NCBI RefSeq assembly: GCF_030028105.1
Contig: NC_092371.1
Span: forward strand, 14,467,884 to 14,531,883
DNA: 64,000 nt
Origin: Mobula birostris
Lineage: Eukaryota
Direction: 5' to 3'
The notes under the pieces were generated by a model. That model worked only from the letters and a program-made list of their open reading frames with translations. It did not search any database and was not told where the DNA came from. Position 1 is the stretch's first letter. Each line of letters opens with the position of its first letter. Shown piece after piece: positions 48,911 to 61,699 of this stretch. The position numbers were made by a program, and so were the translations under genes.

Positions 48911-50575
48911 ATAAACATAGAAACTTAGAATAGTACAGCACATTACAGGCCCTTCGGCCTAAAATGTTGTGTCGACCGTCAAACCTTGCCTCCCATATAG
49001 CCCCCCCCCACATTAAATTCATCCATATACCTGTCTAGTAGTCTCTTAAACTTCACTAGTGTATCTGCCTCCACCACTGACTCAGGCAGTGCATTCGACG
49101 CACCAACCACTCTCTGAGTAAAAAAAACCTTGCTCTAATATCCCCCTTGAACTTCCCACCCCTTACCTTAAAGCCATAACCTGTTGTATTGAGCACTGGT
49201 GTCCTGGGGAAGGGGCGCTGGCTATCCACTCTACCTATTCCTGTTATTATCTTGTACACCTCTATCATGTCTCCTCTCATCCTCTCTCTCTCCAAATAGT
49301 AACACCCTAGCTCCCTTAATCTCTGATCATAATGCATACACTCTAAGCCAGGCAGCATCCTGGTAAATCTCTTCTGTACCATTTCCAATGCTTCCACATC
49401 CTTCCTATAGTGAGGCGACCAGAACTGGACACAGTACTCCAAGTGTGGCCTAACCAGAGGTTTATAGAGCTGCATCATTACATCGCGACTCTTAAACTCT
49501 ATCCCTCGACTTATGAAAGCTAACACCCTATACGCTTTCTTAATTACCCTATCTACTTGTGAGGCAACTTTCAGGGATCTGCGGACATATACCCCCAGAT
49601 CCCTCTTCTCCTCCACACTACCAAGTAACCTGCCATTTACTTTGTACTCTGCCTTGGAGTTTGTACTTCCAAAGTGTACCACCTCACACTTCTCCAGGTT
49701 GAACTCCATCTGTCACTTCTCTGCTCACTTCTACATCCTATCAATGTTTCCCTGCAATCTTCGACAATCCTCTACACTATCTGCACACCACCAACCTTTG
49801 TATCGTCTGCAAACTTGCGAACCCACCCTTTTACCCGCACATTCAGGTCGTTAATAAAAATCACGAAAAGTAGAGGTCCCAGAACCGATCCTTGTGGGAC
49901 ACCACTAGTCCCAATCCTCCAATCTGAATGGTATCCCTCCACCACGACCCTCTGCTTTCTGCAGGCAAGCCAATTCTGAATGCAACTGGACAAACGTTCC
50001 TGGATCCCATGCCTTCTGACTTTCTGAATAGGCCTACAGTGTGGAACCTTGTCAAATGCCTTACTAAAATCCATATAGATCACATCCACTGCACTACCCT
50101 CATCTATATGCCTGGTCACCTCCTCAAAGAACTCTATCAGGGTTGTTAGACACGATCTGCCCTTCACAAAGCCATGCTGACTGTTCCTGATCAGACCATG
50201 ATTCTCTAAATACCTATAGATCCTATCTCTAAGAATCTTTTCCAACAGTTTTCCCACCACAGACGTAAGGCTCACTGGTCTATAATTACCCGGACTATCT
50301 CTACTACCTTTTTTGAACAAGGGGACAACATTCGCCTCTCTCCAATCCTCCGGCACCATTCCTGTGGAAAACACGGACATAGAGATCCTAGCCAGAGGCT
50401 CAGCAATCTCTTCACTCGGCTCGTGGAGCAGCCTCTGGAATATTCCGTCAGACCCCGGGGACTTATCCGTCCTAATGTATTTTAACAACTCCAACACCTC
50501 CCCTCGCTTAATATCAACATGCTCCAGAACATCAACGTCTCTCATATTGTCCTCTCCATCATCAAGTTCCCTCTC
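48911..50575 (-). mobile_element. 5'-truncated CR1 (left arm of inverted pair)
   Basis: ORFs 49772-50629 and 49056-49709: [44 protein letters not shown]; 3' tail at ~48911. Confidence 0.92.
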
Positions 50576-52015
50576 CACAGGAATGGTGCCGGAAGATTGG
50601 AGAGAGGCAAATGTTGTCCCCTTGTTCAAAAAAGGTAGTAGGGATAGTCCGGGTAATTATAGACCAGTGAACGTTACGTCTGTGGTGGGAAAGCTGTTGG
50701 GAAAGATTCTTAGAGATAGGATGTATAGGCATTTAGAGAATTATGGTCTGATCAGGGACAGTCAGCATGGCTTTCTGAAGGGCAGATCGTGTCTAACAAG
50801 CCTGATACAGTGCTTTGAGGAGGTGACCAGGCATATAGATGAGGGTACTGCAGTGGATGTGATCTATATGGATTTTAGTAAGGCATTTGCAAGGTTCCAC
50901 ATGGTAGGCTTATTCAGAAACTTAGAAGGCATGGGATCCAGGGAAGTTTGGCCAGATGGATTCAGAATTGGCTTGCCTGCAGAAGGCAGAGGGTGGTGGT
51001 GGAGGGAGTACATTGAGATTGGAGGATTGTGACTAGTGGTGTCCCACAAGGATCTGTTCTGGGACCTCTACTTTTCGTGATTTTTATTAATGACCTGGAT
51101 GTGGGGGTTAGAAGGGTGGGTTGGCAAGTTTGCAGACTACACAAAGTTTGGTGGTGTTGTAGATAGTGTAGAGGATTGTCAAAGATTGCAGAGAGACATT
51201 GATAGGATGCATAAGTGGGCTGAGAAGTGGCAGATGGATTTCAACCCGGAGAAGTGTGAAGTTGTATACTTTGGAAGGACAAACTCCAAGGCAGAGTACA
51301 AAGTAAATGGCAGGATACTTGGTAGTGTGGAAGAGCAGAGGGATCTCGGGGTACATGTCCACAGTTCCCTGAAAGTTGCCTCACAGGTGGATAGGATAGT
51401 TAAGAAAGCTTATGGGCTGTTAGCTTTCATAAGTCGAGGGATGGAGTTTAAGAGTCGCGATATAATGATGCAACTCTATAAAACTCTGGTTAGGCCACAC
51501 TTGGAGTATTGTGTCCAGTTCTGGTCACCTCACTATAGGAAGGATGTGGAAGCATTGGAAAGGGTACAGAGGAGATTTACCAGGATGCTGCCTAGTTTAG
51601 AAAGTATGCATTATGATCAGAGATTAAGGGAGCTAGCGCTTTACTCTTTGGAGAGGAGGAGGATGAGAGGAGACAGGATAGAGGTGTACAGGATAATAAG
51701 AGGAATAGATACAGTGGATAGCCAGCGCCTCTTCCCCAGGGCACCACTGCTCAATACAAGAGGACATGGCTTTAAAGTAAGGGGGATATTAGAGGAAGGT
51801 TTTTTTACTCAGAGAGTGGTTGATGCGTGGAATGTACTGTCTGAGTCAATGGTCGAGGCAGATACACTAGTGAAGTTTAAGAGACTACTAGCCAGGTATA
51901 TGGAGGAATGTAAGGTGGAGGCTTATATGGGAGGCAGGGTTTGAGGGTCGGCACAACATTGTGGGCCGAAGGGCGTGTACTGTGCTGTACTATTTTATGT
52001 TCTATGTTCTATATG
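50571..52015 (+). mobile_element. 5'-truncated CR1 (right arm of inverted pair)
   Basis: ORFs 50313-51032 and 51090-51944 with the same RT motifs; tail (atgttct)n at ~52000. Confidence 0.92.
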
Positions 52016-52479
52016 TTCGCGATACAGAGTATTATGTAATTATATACGAAATATGTACTCCTGATCCTCCATACCTTTTTACCAGTGAGATGACATCGGG
52101 GGTAGGGTTATGGGTGTCAGTGTTGAGATATGGAAGTTTGGATTTGAGAGCTGAAAAACAGTTTGTTAATAAACTCGGTCATTACACTTCCCATTCAAAC
52201 CCACCCCCACCATCAGATTAATCTAACCAGTTAATCCAACCCAGATGGATGTTCACGGGTTTAATAGCCAGGTATCAATTTGTGTCTATAGGTTGGGCTG
52301 ATGCAGCTGCGGACCTCGTCATCTCCCACCTGGGACCAGCGGTGCCGAGACACCCTTTATACAGATACAGTCACGCAAGTTGCTGCTGTGATTTGTTACC
52401 TTTATGATGCAGTGCAGTTGGTGCGGTCACTAGATTCCGAGGAGGAGGAGGCTACCCTAGCAGCAGCAGGAGGAACAGG

Positions 52480-54195
52480 AGCTTAGACGTGATAGAGCGG
52501 GAAAAAAAACTAAAGGAAGAGGTGTGGTGTTACGACTCAGGAAAAATATCACGGCAGTGCTCAGTCAGCAAAGAATGGAGAGCTTGTCTAATGAGGGTTT
52601 ATGGGTAGAACCGAGCAATAAGAAAGGTATAATCACTTTAATGGGTTTTATATTATAGACCACCCAAATGTCCGGGGGGTTAAAAAGAGAAAAATTGCAG
52701 AGCGAACGCAGACTGTTGTCAGAAATATAAGGTTGTGATAGTAACTTTCCACATATTGACTAGGATTCTCATACAAAAAAAGGGCTGTATGGGGAAAAAT
52801 TTGCCGAATGTGTTCAGGAAAGTTCCCTTAATTAGTACTTAGAAGTCCCAGAGACAGACAGAGTGAGGTACTAGATCCCCTGCTAGGGGATATGAGAGAA
52901 ATTTGTATCGGATTTCACTCCGTATCTACTGATCATAATGCCATTATTTTCAAGGTATTTATGGAAAACAATAGGTCTGGTGGTCGGGTAGTGATTCTAA
53001 ATAGGAGAAAAGTAAATTTTAATGGAAATGTGTTCAGGAAAGCTTCCTTAATTAGTACATAGAAGTCCCGGAGACAGACAGATTGAGTTAGTAGATCCCC
53101 TACGAGGAGATGTGAGAGAAATTTGTATCGGATTAAACTCTGTATCTACTGATCATAATGCCATTAGTTTCAAGGTAATTATGGAAAACAATAGGTCTGG
53201 TGGTCGGGTAGTGATTCTAAATTGGAGAAAAGTAAATTTTAATGGAATACGAAAGGATCTGACAAGTGTAGAGCGGAAAGGGTTGTTTTCTGACTGAGGT
53301 GTTCTTGGTAAATAGGAGGCGTTCAAAAGTGAGATTTTGAGAGTGGAGAGATTGCATGCTCCTGTCAGAATAAAAGGCAAGCGTGGAAGGTTTAGGAAAT
53401 CTTGATCTTTGGGAGATATTGAGGTCACGGCGAAGAAATGCAGGAGGTGAAAGAAGTTATTTGCAGGCAGGAATAATTGAGGTACTTAGGACAATATGAA
53501 ATGCAAGAGAACACTCAAGAAGGAAATCAAGAGGGCTGAAAAAAGACAGGAGATTGGTCTAGCAGACAAGGTGAAGGAAAATTCCATGAGTTTCTACAGA
53601 TATATTAAAAGCAAAATCACAGTAAAGCACAACATCGCTCCTCTGGGAGATCAGAGTGGTAACCTACTTGTGGAGCCGAAAAAATGTGGGAGTTTTGTAT
53701 CTATATTTACTTAGGAGATGGACACAGAGTCTGTAGAATAGGGCAAATCGGCAGCGATGTTATGACCTCTATACAGATTACAAAGGATATGATATTTGCT
53801 GAACAAATTAGGGTGGATAAATCCCAGGGGCTTACAAGGCATTCGCTCTGGCTCCGTGAGAGGCTGGTGCAGAAACTGCAGGGCCCTTAGCAGAGCTATT
53901 TAAAACATCCTTAGCCACAGGTGAAGTTTCGGAAATTTCGGTGTTGTTCAAGAAATATTCTAGGCCGGTGAGTCTGACACTCGTAGTGGGAAAATTATTG
54001 GAAAGCATTCTTTTGAACCGAATATATATGGCGCAGAGCACCCATTATGATAGTCAGTATGGCTTTGTGCGCGGTGCGTCATGTCTAACCAATCTTATAG
54101 AATTTCTCGAGGAAGTTTCCAAGAAAATATATGAAGGGAATGCAGTGGCTGTTGTACACATGAACCTCAGGAAACTTTGGACAAGATCCAAGTGA
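52480..54195 (+). mobile_element. Decayed CR1 with a 220-bp internal tandem duplication (52807-53026 / 53027-53246)
   Basis: STDHNAISFKVIME...LNWRKVNF; YSRPVSLTLVVGKLLES; YGFVRGASCLTNLIEFLEEV; duplicated block visible directly. Confidence 0.8.
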
Positions 54196-55416
54196 GCGGT
54201 ATTGACAGGTTCGTGGAGGGTAACAATATAAGGGGATTGGAACAGTGCATTGGCGGAGTAGGTGGAGTTTCCTACTTGCACTTCGACAGTTTTGCACTGC
54301 GAGATTGTACGTGTCAGAAACCGTATCTACATAAAGCATAGTGGTTTAAATAATCCCACAGTCGAAAAATAGTGATTCCTTCCCAGTATATAGACGTGAC
54401 AGCGGTCACTCAAACAAGTGGAGGGAAACAGATGACACAGTCTGTTTATTTGACTACTCTGTTCTATTCATTAGAAGAGAGCCCACATACAAATACGTTT
54501 ATTGATCTTTCAGTCTTGTTGGAATGTCCGAAACTGTGACAGGCGATATGGGAATGAAAACTCATTTTTTTGTTAGCTTGCATTTCCCGTCTGAGACATA
54601 TTCATAGTGCTCTCTATTACCGCCACATCGTCACTCACGGAACCTCCAGGCGCTCCCTTTGCTGCTCCCAAGCCCTTTACCCACTGTCAGCTAGGCCTGT
54701 TCCCATATCCTGACAAATACAATTTAACTTATACAACTGACAAACCACTTGGTTTCAGAATTTTCTTGGTATTATTGGCAATGGAGGTGTACAATATTCT
54801 GACATACTAAAGTATCATGAGCATTCTACGCATAATTTTGTTTATATACTGCCAAAATTCGATTTCACCGATGGAGTAACTCATTGCCTGAAAATAAACA
54901 AGTCAGCTCCACACATTATCCGGAAGCGTATGCAAATTCAGCTGAATAAAACTTCTGATAAACTGTGATTACTCCCATCACATTCTTTTCCAGCCAACCT
55001 AAATCCCTGTGCTCCTTCAGTTAATTTATGCGTGTTTCTGGCCTTAACGTTACGCGTCACTAGAATTTTAGTCTTTACACCTCTTTGGGCCGTGAACTTT
55101 TTGGCTGCCCGTTTGCCCCACGAAAGCCAGTAATGTGGAAGTTTCATAATATAGGTTTAACTTCCCAGCGAATTTGAAATTTCAGAGCTGATATTAATGT
55201 GGAGATTTAGGTGATCACACATGCGGTTCTGATATTGGCTAGAAAGAAGGCGGAAACTATTGCTAGTTGATGGTGACGGTTGAGTTCAGTTATGGGAAAG
55301 TTCAGAATGTGAGAGGTAACCAGACTGCTCAGCAGCGGCCTCAGGCAGAACATTTCCTCAAATTGTGGTGAAATCTGCAACCCTTCCTTAGAAGCATCTC
55401 GGGACCAGCGATCAGC

Positions 55417-55841
55417 CGTCACCAGGTTCGGATATGGCCCGAGTGCAGAGCAAGAGACACTGGAGCGGGTCGATAGTTCACAGACTTTAATGCGATCAGA
55501 GTTAGAGAAAAAAAAACAATAAACGCGAGGCAAAACAGGGCCGTCAACTAAAATTCTCAAATGGGAAATGAAGCCTACACTGCGGCTAAAAGGAATAACT
55601 ACATATAAAATTAATACTGCTAGTCTTCAGAGTCAGTTAACTCGACAGTCCAGTTTCTTAGGCAGGGCCGGATGCAAGCAGGCAGCGAAGCGTTGCTGTG
55701 CTGGGTTCAAGTCTCGACATGCAGCAGGACGGAAAGAATGGAGTCAAATACTATCACAATGAGATAATAATTAGCGGACAAGTGCATATCCACGAGCGCA
55801 ATTGCCGTATCTGCTGCACTACCGAATCCGTGGTTATGACA
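55417..55841. mobile_element. Solo LTR, 425 bp
   Basis: (C/T)GTCACC...TTATGACA; near-TSD TCAGC/TCAGG. Confidence 0.6.
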
Positions 55842-55869
55842 TCAGGTCTGTATGTCAACGTACAGATTG

Positions 55870-58800
55870 TTTAAGTACCTCAAAGTAAAGAGATTTAGGA
55901 TCAAATTGCAAAATTCCAAGTAATTTCATTATCAAAGCACACATATGTTACCATATACAACACTTGCAGGCATAGTCAGTAAATCCACGAACCACATCAG
56001 AATCAATTAAAGACCGCACCCAATACAATGGAAATACACCCTGCGCGCAGAAGACGACAAACTGTGTAAAAGCAAAATAAAAGTAGAAACATAATAATAA
56101 ATAAATAACCAATACATAGAAGTCTGTGTAAGGGAGCATTTTGGTTCCAGTGATCATACCACCATTAGTTTCAATTTGATCATGGACAAGGATAGATCTG
56201 GTGCTAGGGTTGAGGTTCTGAACTGGAAGAAGGCCAAATTTGAAGAAATGAGAAAGGATCTAAAAAGCGTGGATTGGGACAGGTTGTTCTCTGGCAAAGA
56301 TGTGACTGGTAGGTGGGAAGCCTTCAAAGGGGAAATTTTGAGAGTGCAGAGTTTGTATGTTCCTGTCAGGATTAAAGGCAAATTGAATAGGAATAAGGAA
56401 CCTTGGTTCTCAAGGGATATTGCAACTCTGATAAAGAAGAAGAGGGAGTTGTATGAAATGTATAGGAAACAGGGGGTAAATCAGGTGCTTGAGGAGTATA
56501 AGAAGTGCAAGAAAATACTTAAGAAAGAAATCAGGAGGGCTAAAAGAAGACATGAGGTTGCCTTGGCGATCAAAGTGAAGGATAATCCAAAGAGATTTTA
56601 CAAGTATATTAAGAGCAAAAGGATTGTAAGGGATAAAATTGATCCTCTTGAAGATCAGAGTAGTCGGCTTTGTGCGGAACCAAAGAAAATGGGGGAGATC
56701 TTAAATAGTTTTTTTTGCATCTGTATTTACTAAGGAAGCTGGCATGAAATCTATGGAATTGAGAGAATCAAGTAGTGAGACCATGGAAACTGTACAGATT
56801 GAAAAGGAGGAGGTGCTTGCTGCCTTGAGGAAAATTAAAGTGGATAAATCCCCGGGACCTGACAGAATGTTCCCTCGGACCCTGAAGGAGGCTAGTGTTG
56901 AAATTGCGGGGGCCCTGGCAGAAATATTTAAAATATCGCGGTCTACGGGTGAAGTGTCGAAGGATTGGAGAGTGCCTCATGTTGTCCGTTGTTTAAAAAA
57001 GGATCGAAAAGTAATCCTGGAAATTATAGGCCGGTGAGTTTAACAACAGTAATAGGTAAGTTATTGGAGGAAGTACTAAGAGACAGAATCTACAAGCATT
57101 TGGATAGACAGGGGCTTATTAGCAAGAGTCAACATGGCTTTGTACGTGGTAGGTCATGTTTGAACAATCTGTTGGAGTTTTTCGAGGAGCTTACCAGGAA
57201 AGTGGATGAAGGGAAGGCAGTGGATATTGTCTACATGGACTTCAGTAAGGCCTTTGACAAGGTCCCGCATGGGAGGTTAGTTAGGAAAATTCAGTCGCTA
57301 GGTATACATGGAGAGGTGGTAAATTGGATTAGACATTAGATCGATGGAAGAAGCCAGAGAGTGGTGGTAGAGAATTGCTTCTCTGAGTGGTGGCCTCTGA
57401 CTAGTGGTGTGCCACAGGGATCAGTGCTGGGTCCATTGTTATTTGTCATCTATATCAATGATCTGGATGATAATGTGGTAAATTGGATCAGCAAGTTTGC
57501 TGATGATACAAAGATTGGAGGTGTAGTAGACAGTGAGGAAGGTTTTCAGAGCCTGCAGAGGGACTTGGACCAGCTGGAAAAATGGGCTGAAAAATGGCAG
57601 ATGGAGTTTAATACTGAGAAGTGTGAGGTATTGCACGTTGGAAGGACAAACCAACGTAGAACATACAGGGTTAATAGTAAGGCACTGAGGAGTTCAGTGG
57701 ATCAGAGGGATCTGGGAATACAGATACAAAATTCCCTAAAAGTGTCGTCACAGGTAGATAGGGTCGTAAAGAGAGCTTTTGGTACATTGGCCTTTATTAA
57801 TCGAAGTATTGAGTATAAGAGCTGGAATGTTATGATGAGGTTGTATAAGGCATTAGTGAGGCCGAATCTGGAGTATTGTGTTCAGTTTTGGTCACCAAAT
57901 TACAGGAAGGATATAAATATGGTTGAAAGAGTGCAGAGAAGGTTTACAAGGATGTTGCCGGGACTTGAGAAACTCCGTTACAGAGAAAGGTTGAATAGGT
58001 TGGGACTTTATTCCCTGGAGCGTAGAAGAATGAGGGGAGATTTGATAGAGGTATATAAAATTATGATGGGTATAGATAGAGTGAATGCAAGCAGGCTTTT
58101 TCCGCTGAGGCAAGGGGAGAAAAAAAACAGGGGACATGGGTTAAGGGTGAGGGGGGAAAAGTTTAAAGGGAACATTAGGGGGAGCTTCTTCACACAGAGA
58201 GTGGTGGGAGTATGGAATGAGCTGCCAGACGAGGTGGTAAATGCCGGTTCTTTTTTAACATTTAAGAATAAATTGGACAGATAGATGGATGGGAGGTTTA
58301 TGGAGGGATATGGTCCGTGTGCAGGTCAGTGGGACTAGGCAGAAAATGGTTCGTCACAGCCAAGAAGGGCCAAAGGGCCTGTTTCTGTGCTGTAGTTTCT
58401 ATGGTTCTATGGTTTTCTATGGTTCTAGAGAACATGAGCAAACAGAGCATAGTCTGGGTGGTGGGTGTGATGGACTTGACAGTACCATCTACTTTCTGTA
58501 GGATTATCCGTCGAAGAGCATTGGCGCGTTTCCATGCCAGGCCGTGAGGCAAACAATCAATACACCCTCCGCTACACATCTATGGACGTTTCTGCAAGTT
58601 TTAGATGTCATGCCGATACTTCGTAAGCCTCGAAAGAAGTAGAGACGGGGCCGTGCTTTCGTTGTACTGCACTTTCGTGCAGAGCCCAGAGCAGATACTC
58701 CGAAAAAGAAACACAGAGTATTTAAAAATTGCTGAACCTTTCCACCCCTAATCCTCAAAGTAGGACTGGCTCTTGGACCTCCAGTTTCCTCTTCCTAAAG

Positions 58801-58940
58801 TCAATACTCAGTGTCCACTTTATGAGGTACAGGTGATCGTTAATGGAATACCTAATCAACAAGTTATGTGGCACAACTGAATCCATCGAAGAAATCAGAC
58901 ATGACGAAGAGGTTTGTTTATTGTTGAGACCGAGCATCAA
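55870..58940 (-). mobile_element. Rex1/Babar-like 3' part (55870-56130 and 58433-58940) split by a CR1
   Basis: ORF 58504-58758 KARPRLYFFRGLRSIGMTSKTCRNVHRCVAEGVLIVCLTAWHGN is the Rex1/Babar RT C-terminus. Confidence 0.7.
56135..58432 (+). mobile_element. 5'-truncated CR1, well-preserved ORF2 portion
   Basis: ORFs 56176-56733, 56744-57037, 56965-57339 and 57361-58284 tile the linker and RT with a few frameshifts/stops; tail (atggttct)n at 58395-58432. Confidence 0.95.
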
Positions 58941-58964
58941 AATGAGGATCTAAGTGGCAGTAAT

Positions 58965-59230
58965 CCTGATATGGTGGTTTGGGTATCTCGGAAACTGCGT
59001 ATCTGCTGGATTTTTCTGGCACAAAATTTTCTGAAGTATACAGAGAATGGTGCGAAAAAAACATAAGAAATACCAGTGAACGACAGGTCTGTGGGCAAAA
59101 ACACTTTGTTAATGAGCTAGATCAGAGGAGCATGACGATACTGATGCTAGCTGACAGGAAAGCGACAGCAACTGACATAACCATGCTTTACAATATTGAT
59201 GTACAGAATAATGAACAGATGTCTCAATGA
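58965..59230 (+). mobile_element. Tc1/mariner-like transposase N-terminal fragment
   Basis: GLGISETAYLLDFSGTKFSEVYREWCEK...RQVCGQKHFVNE.DQRSM..LMLADRKATATDITMLYN, a Tc1 paired/HTH remnant. Confidence 0.65.
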
Positions 59231-61084
59231 AACTGTGATGGATTCGTAACCACCAAGCTTTAAAACATTGCCGGATTATCTTCAGGCTTTATGGTGAATG
59301 CAAAAGCCATCATTTTAGCTATAATGTAAATAAATCACGTTGAAACTATCTTCCCGTTCTTTTAATTGAGATAGATTCACTTATTTCTTCCACGCAAGTA
59401 CATCTATATTTCGTTCACTTTGAACATGTCTCTCCTTAACGTTTTGTTTGTGAAACACAAGTTTCAGTTTAGTCCCATACACACACAATTAAATCCCGAA
59501 ATTGCGTTTAGGTATAAGAAGCTGTGGTATTGCTCTTGGAATCGATCTTTATACTCTGCACACTCCGGAGCAATATTCCTTTGTGCAACTCAGGACTGAT
59601 TTGCATGATAGGAATCACGTGACAAATGAAAGGTACCGTGGAAATGTACTTGTTGTGATCCCTCGCATCATCTTTCGGGGAGGGATGGCGCAACAACATC
59701 TCCGTGAGTGTACTTTCACTGGCTGCTTCTCCTGTTTTATGTTTGCAGTGGAAAGATTGTAAAGCAGTTAAATGCATGGAAGAATTAAAACGCACCAGAT
59801 TGACACCTTTCTTGGATGTCCAGTGCTAATTTTATTTTCCGAACCTGTTCTGCTTCAGCAGATTTATTTCTCGTAACAACAAATTAAGCTGCAATACATC
59901 TTTTTCTTCGGCTTCAGCCCATCACCCGCGCTGGAGTACAGAACGCCGACAGATCCTTCATCTCCCACGGATAGGGTATTTGGATCTTCTCTAGCGTTCC
60001 TGTAGCTTTGGGGATTACTAGTTGGGGTTGCGAGCCACATGCATAACCCTGCTGTTTTCGCAGCCCGGCTTGGGACCAACCCTGACGGAGTTACAACGGG
60101 ACTATTCAGGCTAAAAATATTGTTACTGCATCGCAAGTCATCCTGGGCGTAAACGTTTAAAATGCCAGTAGAAAGGTGATTTTCTCAAAGTAAGATCTGC
60201 CGTGTGGAAGCAGTGGAAAGCAGCCATACACGGGATGTAATCGACAAACCAGGTTCAATGGCGAAGATACGCGAGATTCCATTCCCTGTAGCCCTGATCA
60301 CCACTTCAGCCCTGGAAGCAAATTCATAGTAAGGAAGGACATGATATGGCGTTCGCGAAATTGACATGTATGAAACAGAGTAATAATGGCAGAAAAGTTT
60401 ACGGAATCTCATAAACAATCCTTTTACTTCCCCAAGAGTAGTCGTGGGATTGATGTCCAATCTATTTGGAGACATAAGGTGAATATTGAATGCAGGGTTT
60501 CCACCGTTAAGTGCGACATCAGTCACACGCTCCTCAAACGTCCTTTCGGAATTTCCGTCGGATTGCTTATATCCCATGCATTACCATTTTTTTCTGATGT
60601 GTATAAATTCATAATGGAGTTCGGAGGCCTGTCGTAACTTCCAGAATTCATATGGAAATGTTAACGGTGTTCCTCGGTCAGTACCGTGCAGACAAGAGAG
60701 ACTATTTATTTCATAGACTTCGTGACGTAGCAGCAGAAGGAAGCCGTTCGACCCTACAGGTCTCACAAGCGAAGAGCAGAAGCGGGTCAAAACTTCTAGA
60801 ATCTACTTCCCTTCAATCACACTCCGCCTGTCCAGTACCTTAACTCGTTTTTACTGATAATTTTACCCCCTTATGAAGCCACAACTGATAATGGAACATT
60901 TTCCATTCTCGAGATAGGCTAAATTGCGTTAAAACGTGATAAAACAAACACATGACCCTGCATAAATGAAAAGAAAACAACGGTCACTGAGCAATGGATC
61001 ACAGATTCAAATCACTGGGACTGAGTGTCCGACTCCATAGACCATTTTGCATTTCACAACGCAGAGTTCTGAACAGCGTGGTAT

Positions 61085-61575
61085 CACCAGAAGCACAAGA
61101 ATTCTGAAGATGCTGGAGATCCAGAGCAAAAACACACACGCACACGCATTCGCACACAAACAGTGCTGGAGGACTTTAGCAGGTCAGGCAATAACAATGA
61201 AAAAAATAGAGTCAACGTTTTGGGTCGAGTCCCTTCATCAGGATAGGTGATGCGACTTTGCCCCAAACGAGGATTCAACTCCTTTCAATCGATGCCGCTT
61301 GATATGCTGAGTTCCTCCAGCAGTTTTTGTGTATTACCGCAGTTTCAAATTAACTGGGAGAATATATTAAACGGATTAAGAAGAATAGCTAAACGCAAGG
61401 AGCAAAGAGTAAAAATCACTGTGAAACTACATTATTATTTTGGTCCTGAAGAAGGGTCTCGGCCCGAAACGTCCACTGTTTATTCATTTCCATAGATATT
61501 GCTGGCCTACTGGGTTCCTCCAGCATCTTGTTTGTGTTGCTTTCGATTCCCAGCATCTGCCGAATTTATTGTGTT
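61085..61575. mobile_element. Penelope-derived short repeats
   Basis: aattctgaagatgctggagatcc...cccttcatcagga and cctgaagaagggtctcggcccgaaacgtccactg...cagcatctgccga terminal motifs. Confidence 0.6.
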
Positions 61576-61699
61576 TATAACTTTGGTGCTGTATAATCGC
61601 AGATTTGTCCGCAGCTCTTTATATTCCATTTAAATATAAGGCACATTCTCAGGGGTTATGTATCCTGCTTCGGGTTTAATTCGAAGAACGAAGTCTGAG

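Noticed and set aside
60185-60577. 130-aa ORF beginning MGYKQ as a V domain
   Set aside because: No correctly spaced cysteines or DxxxYxC motif in any frame that I could align.
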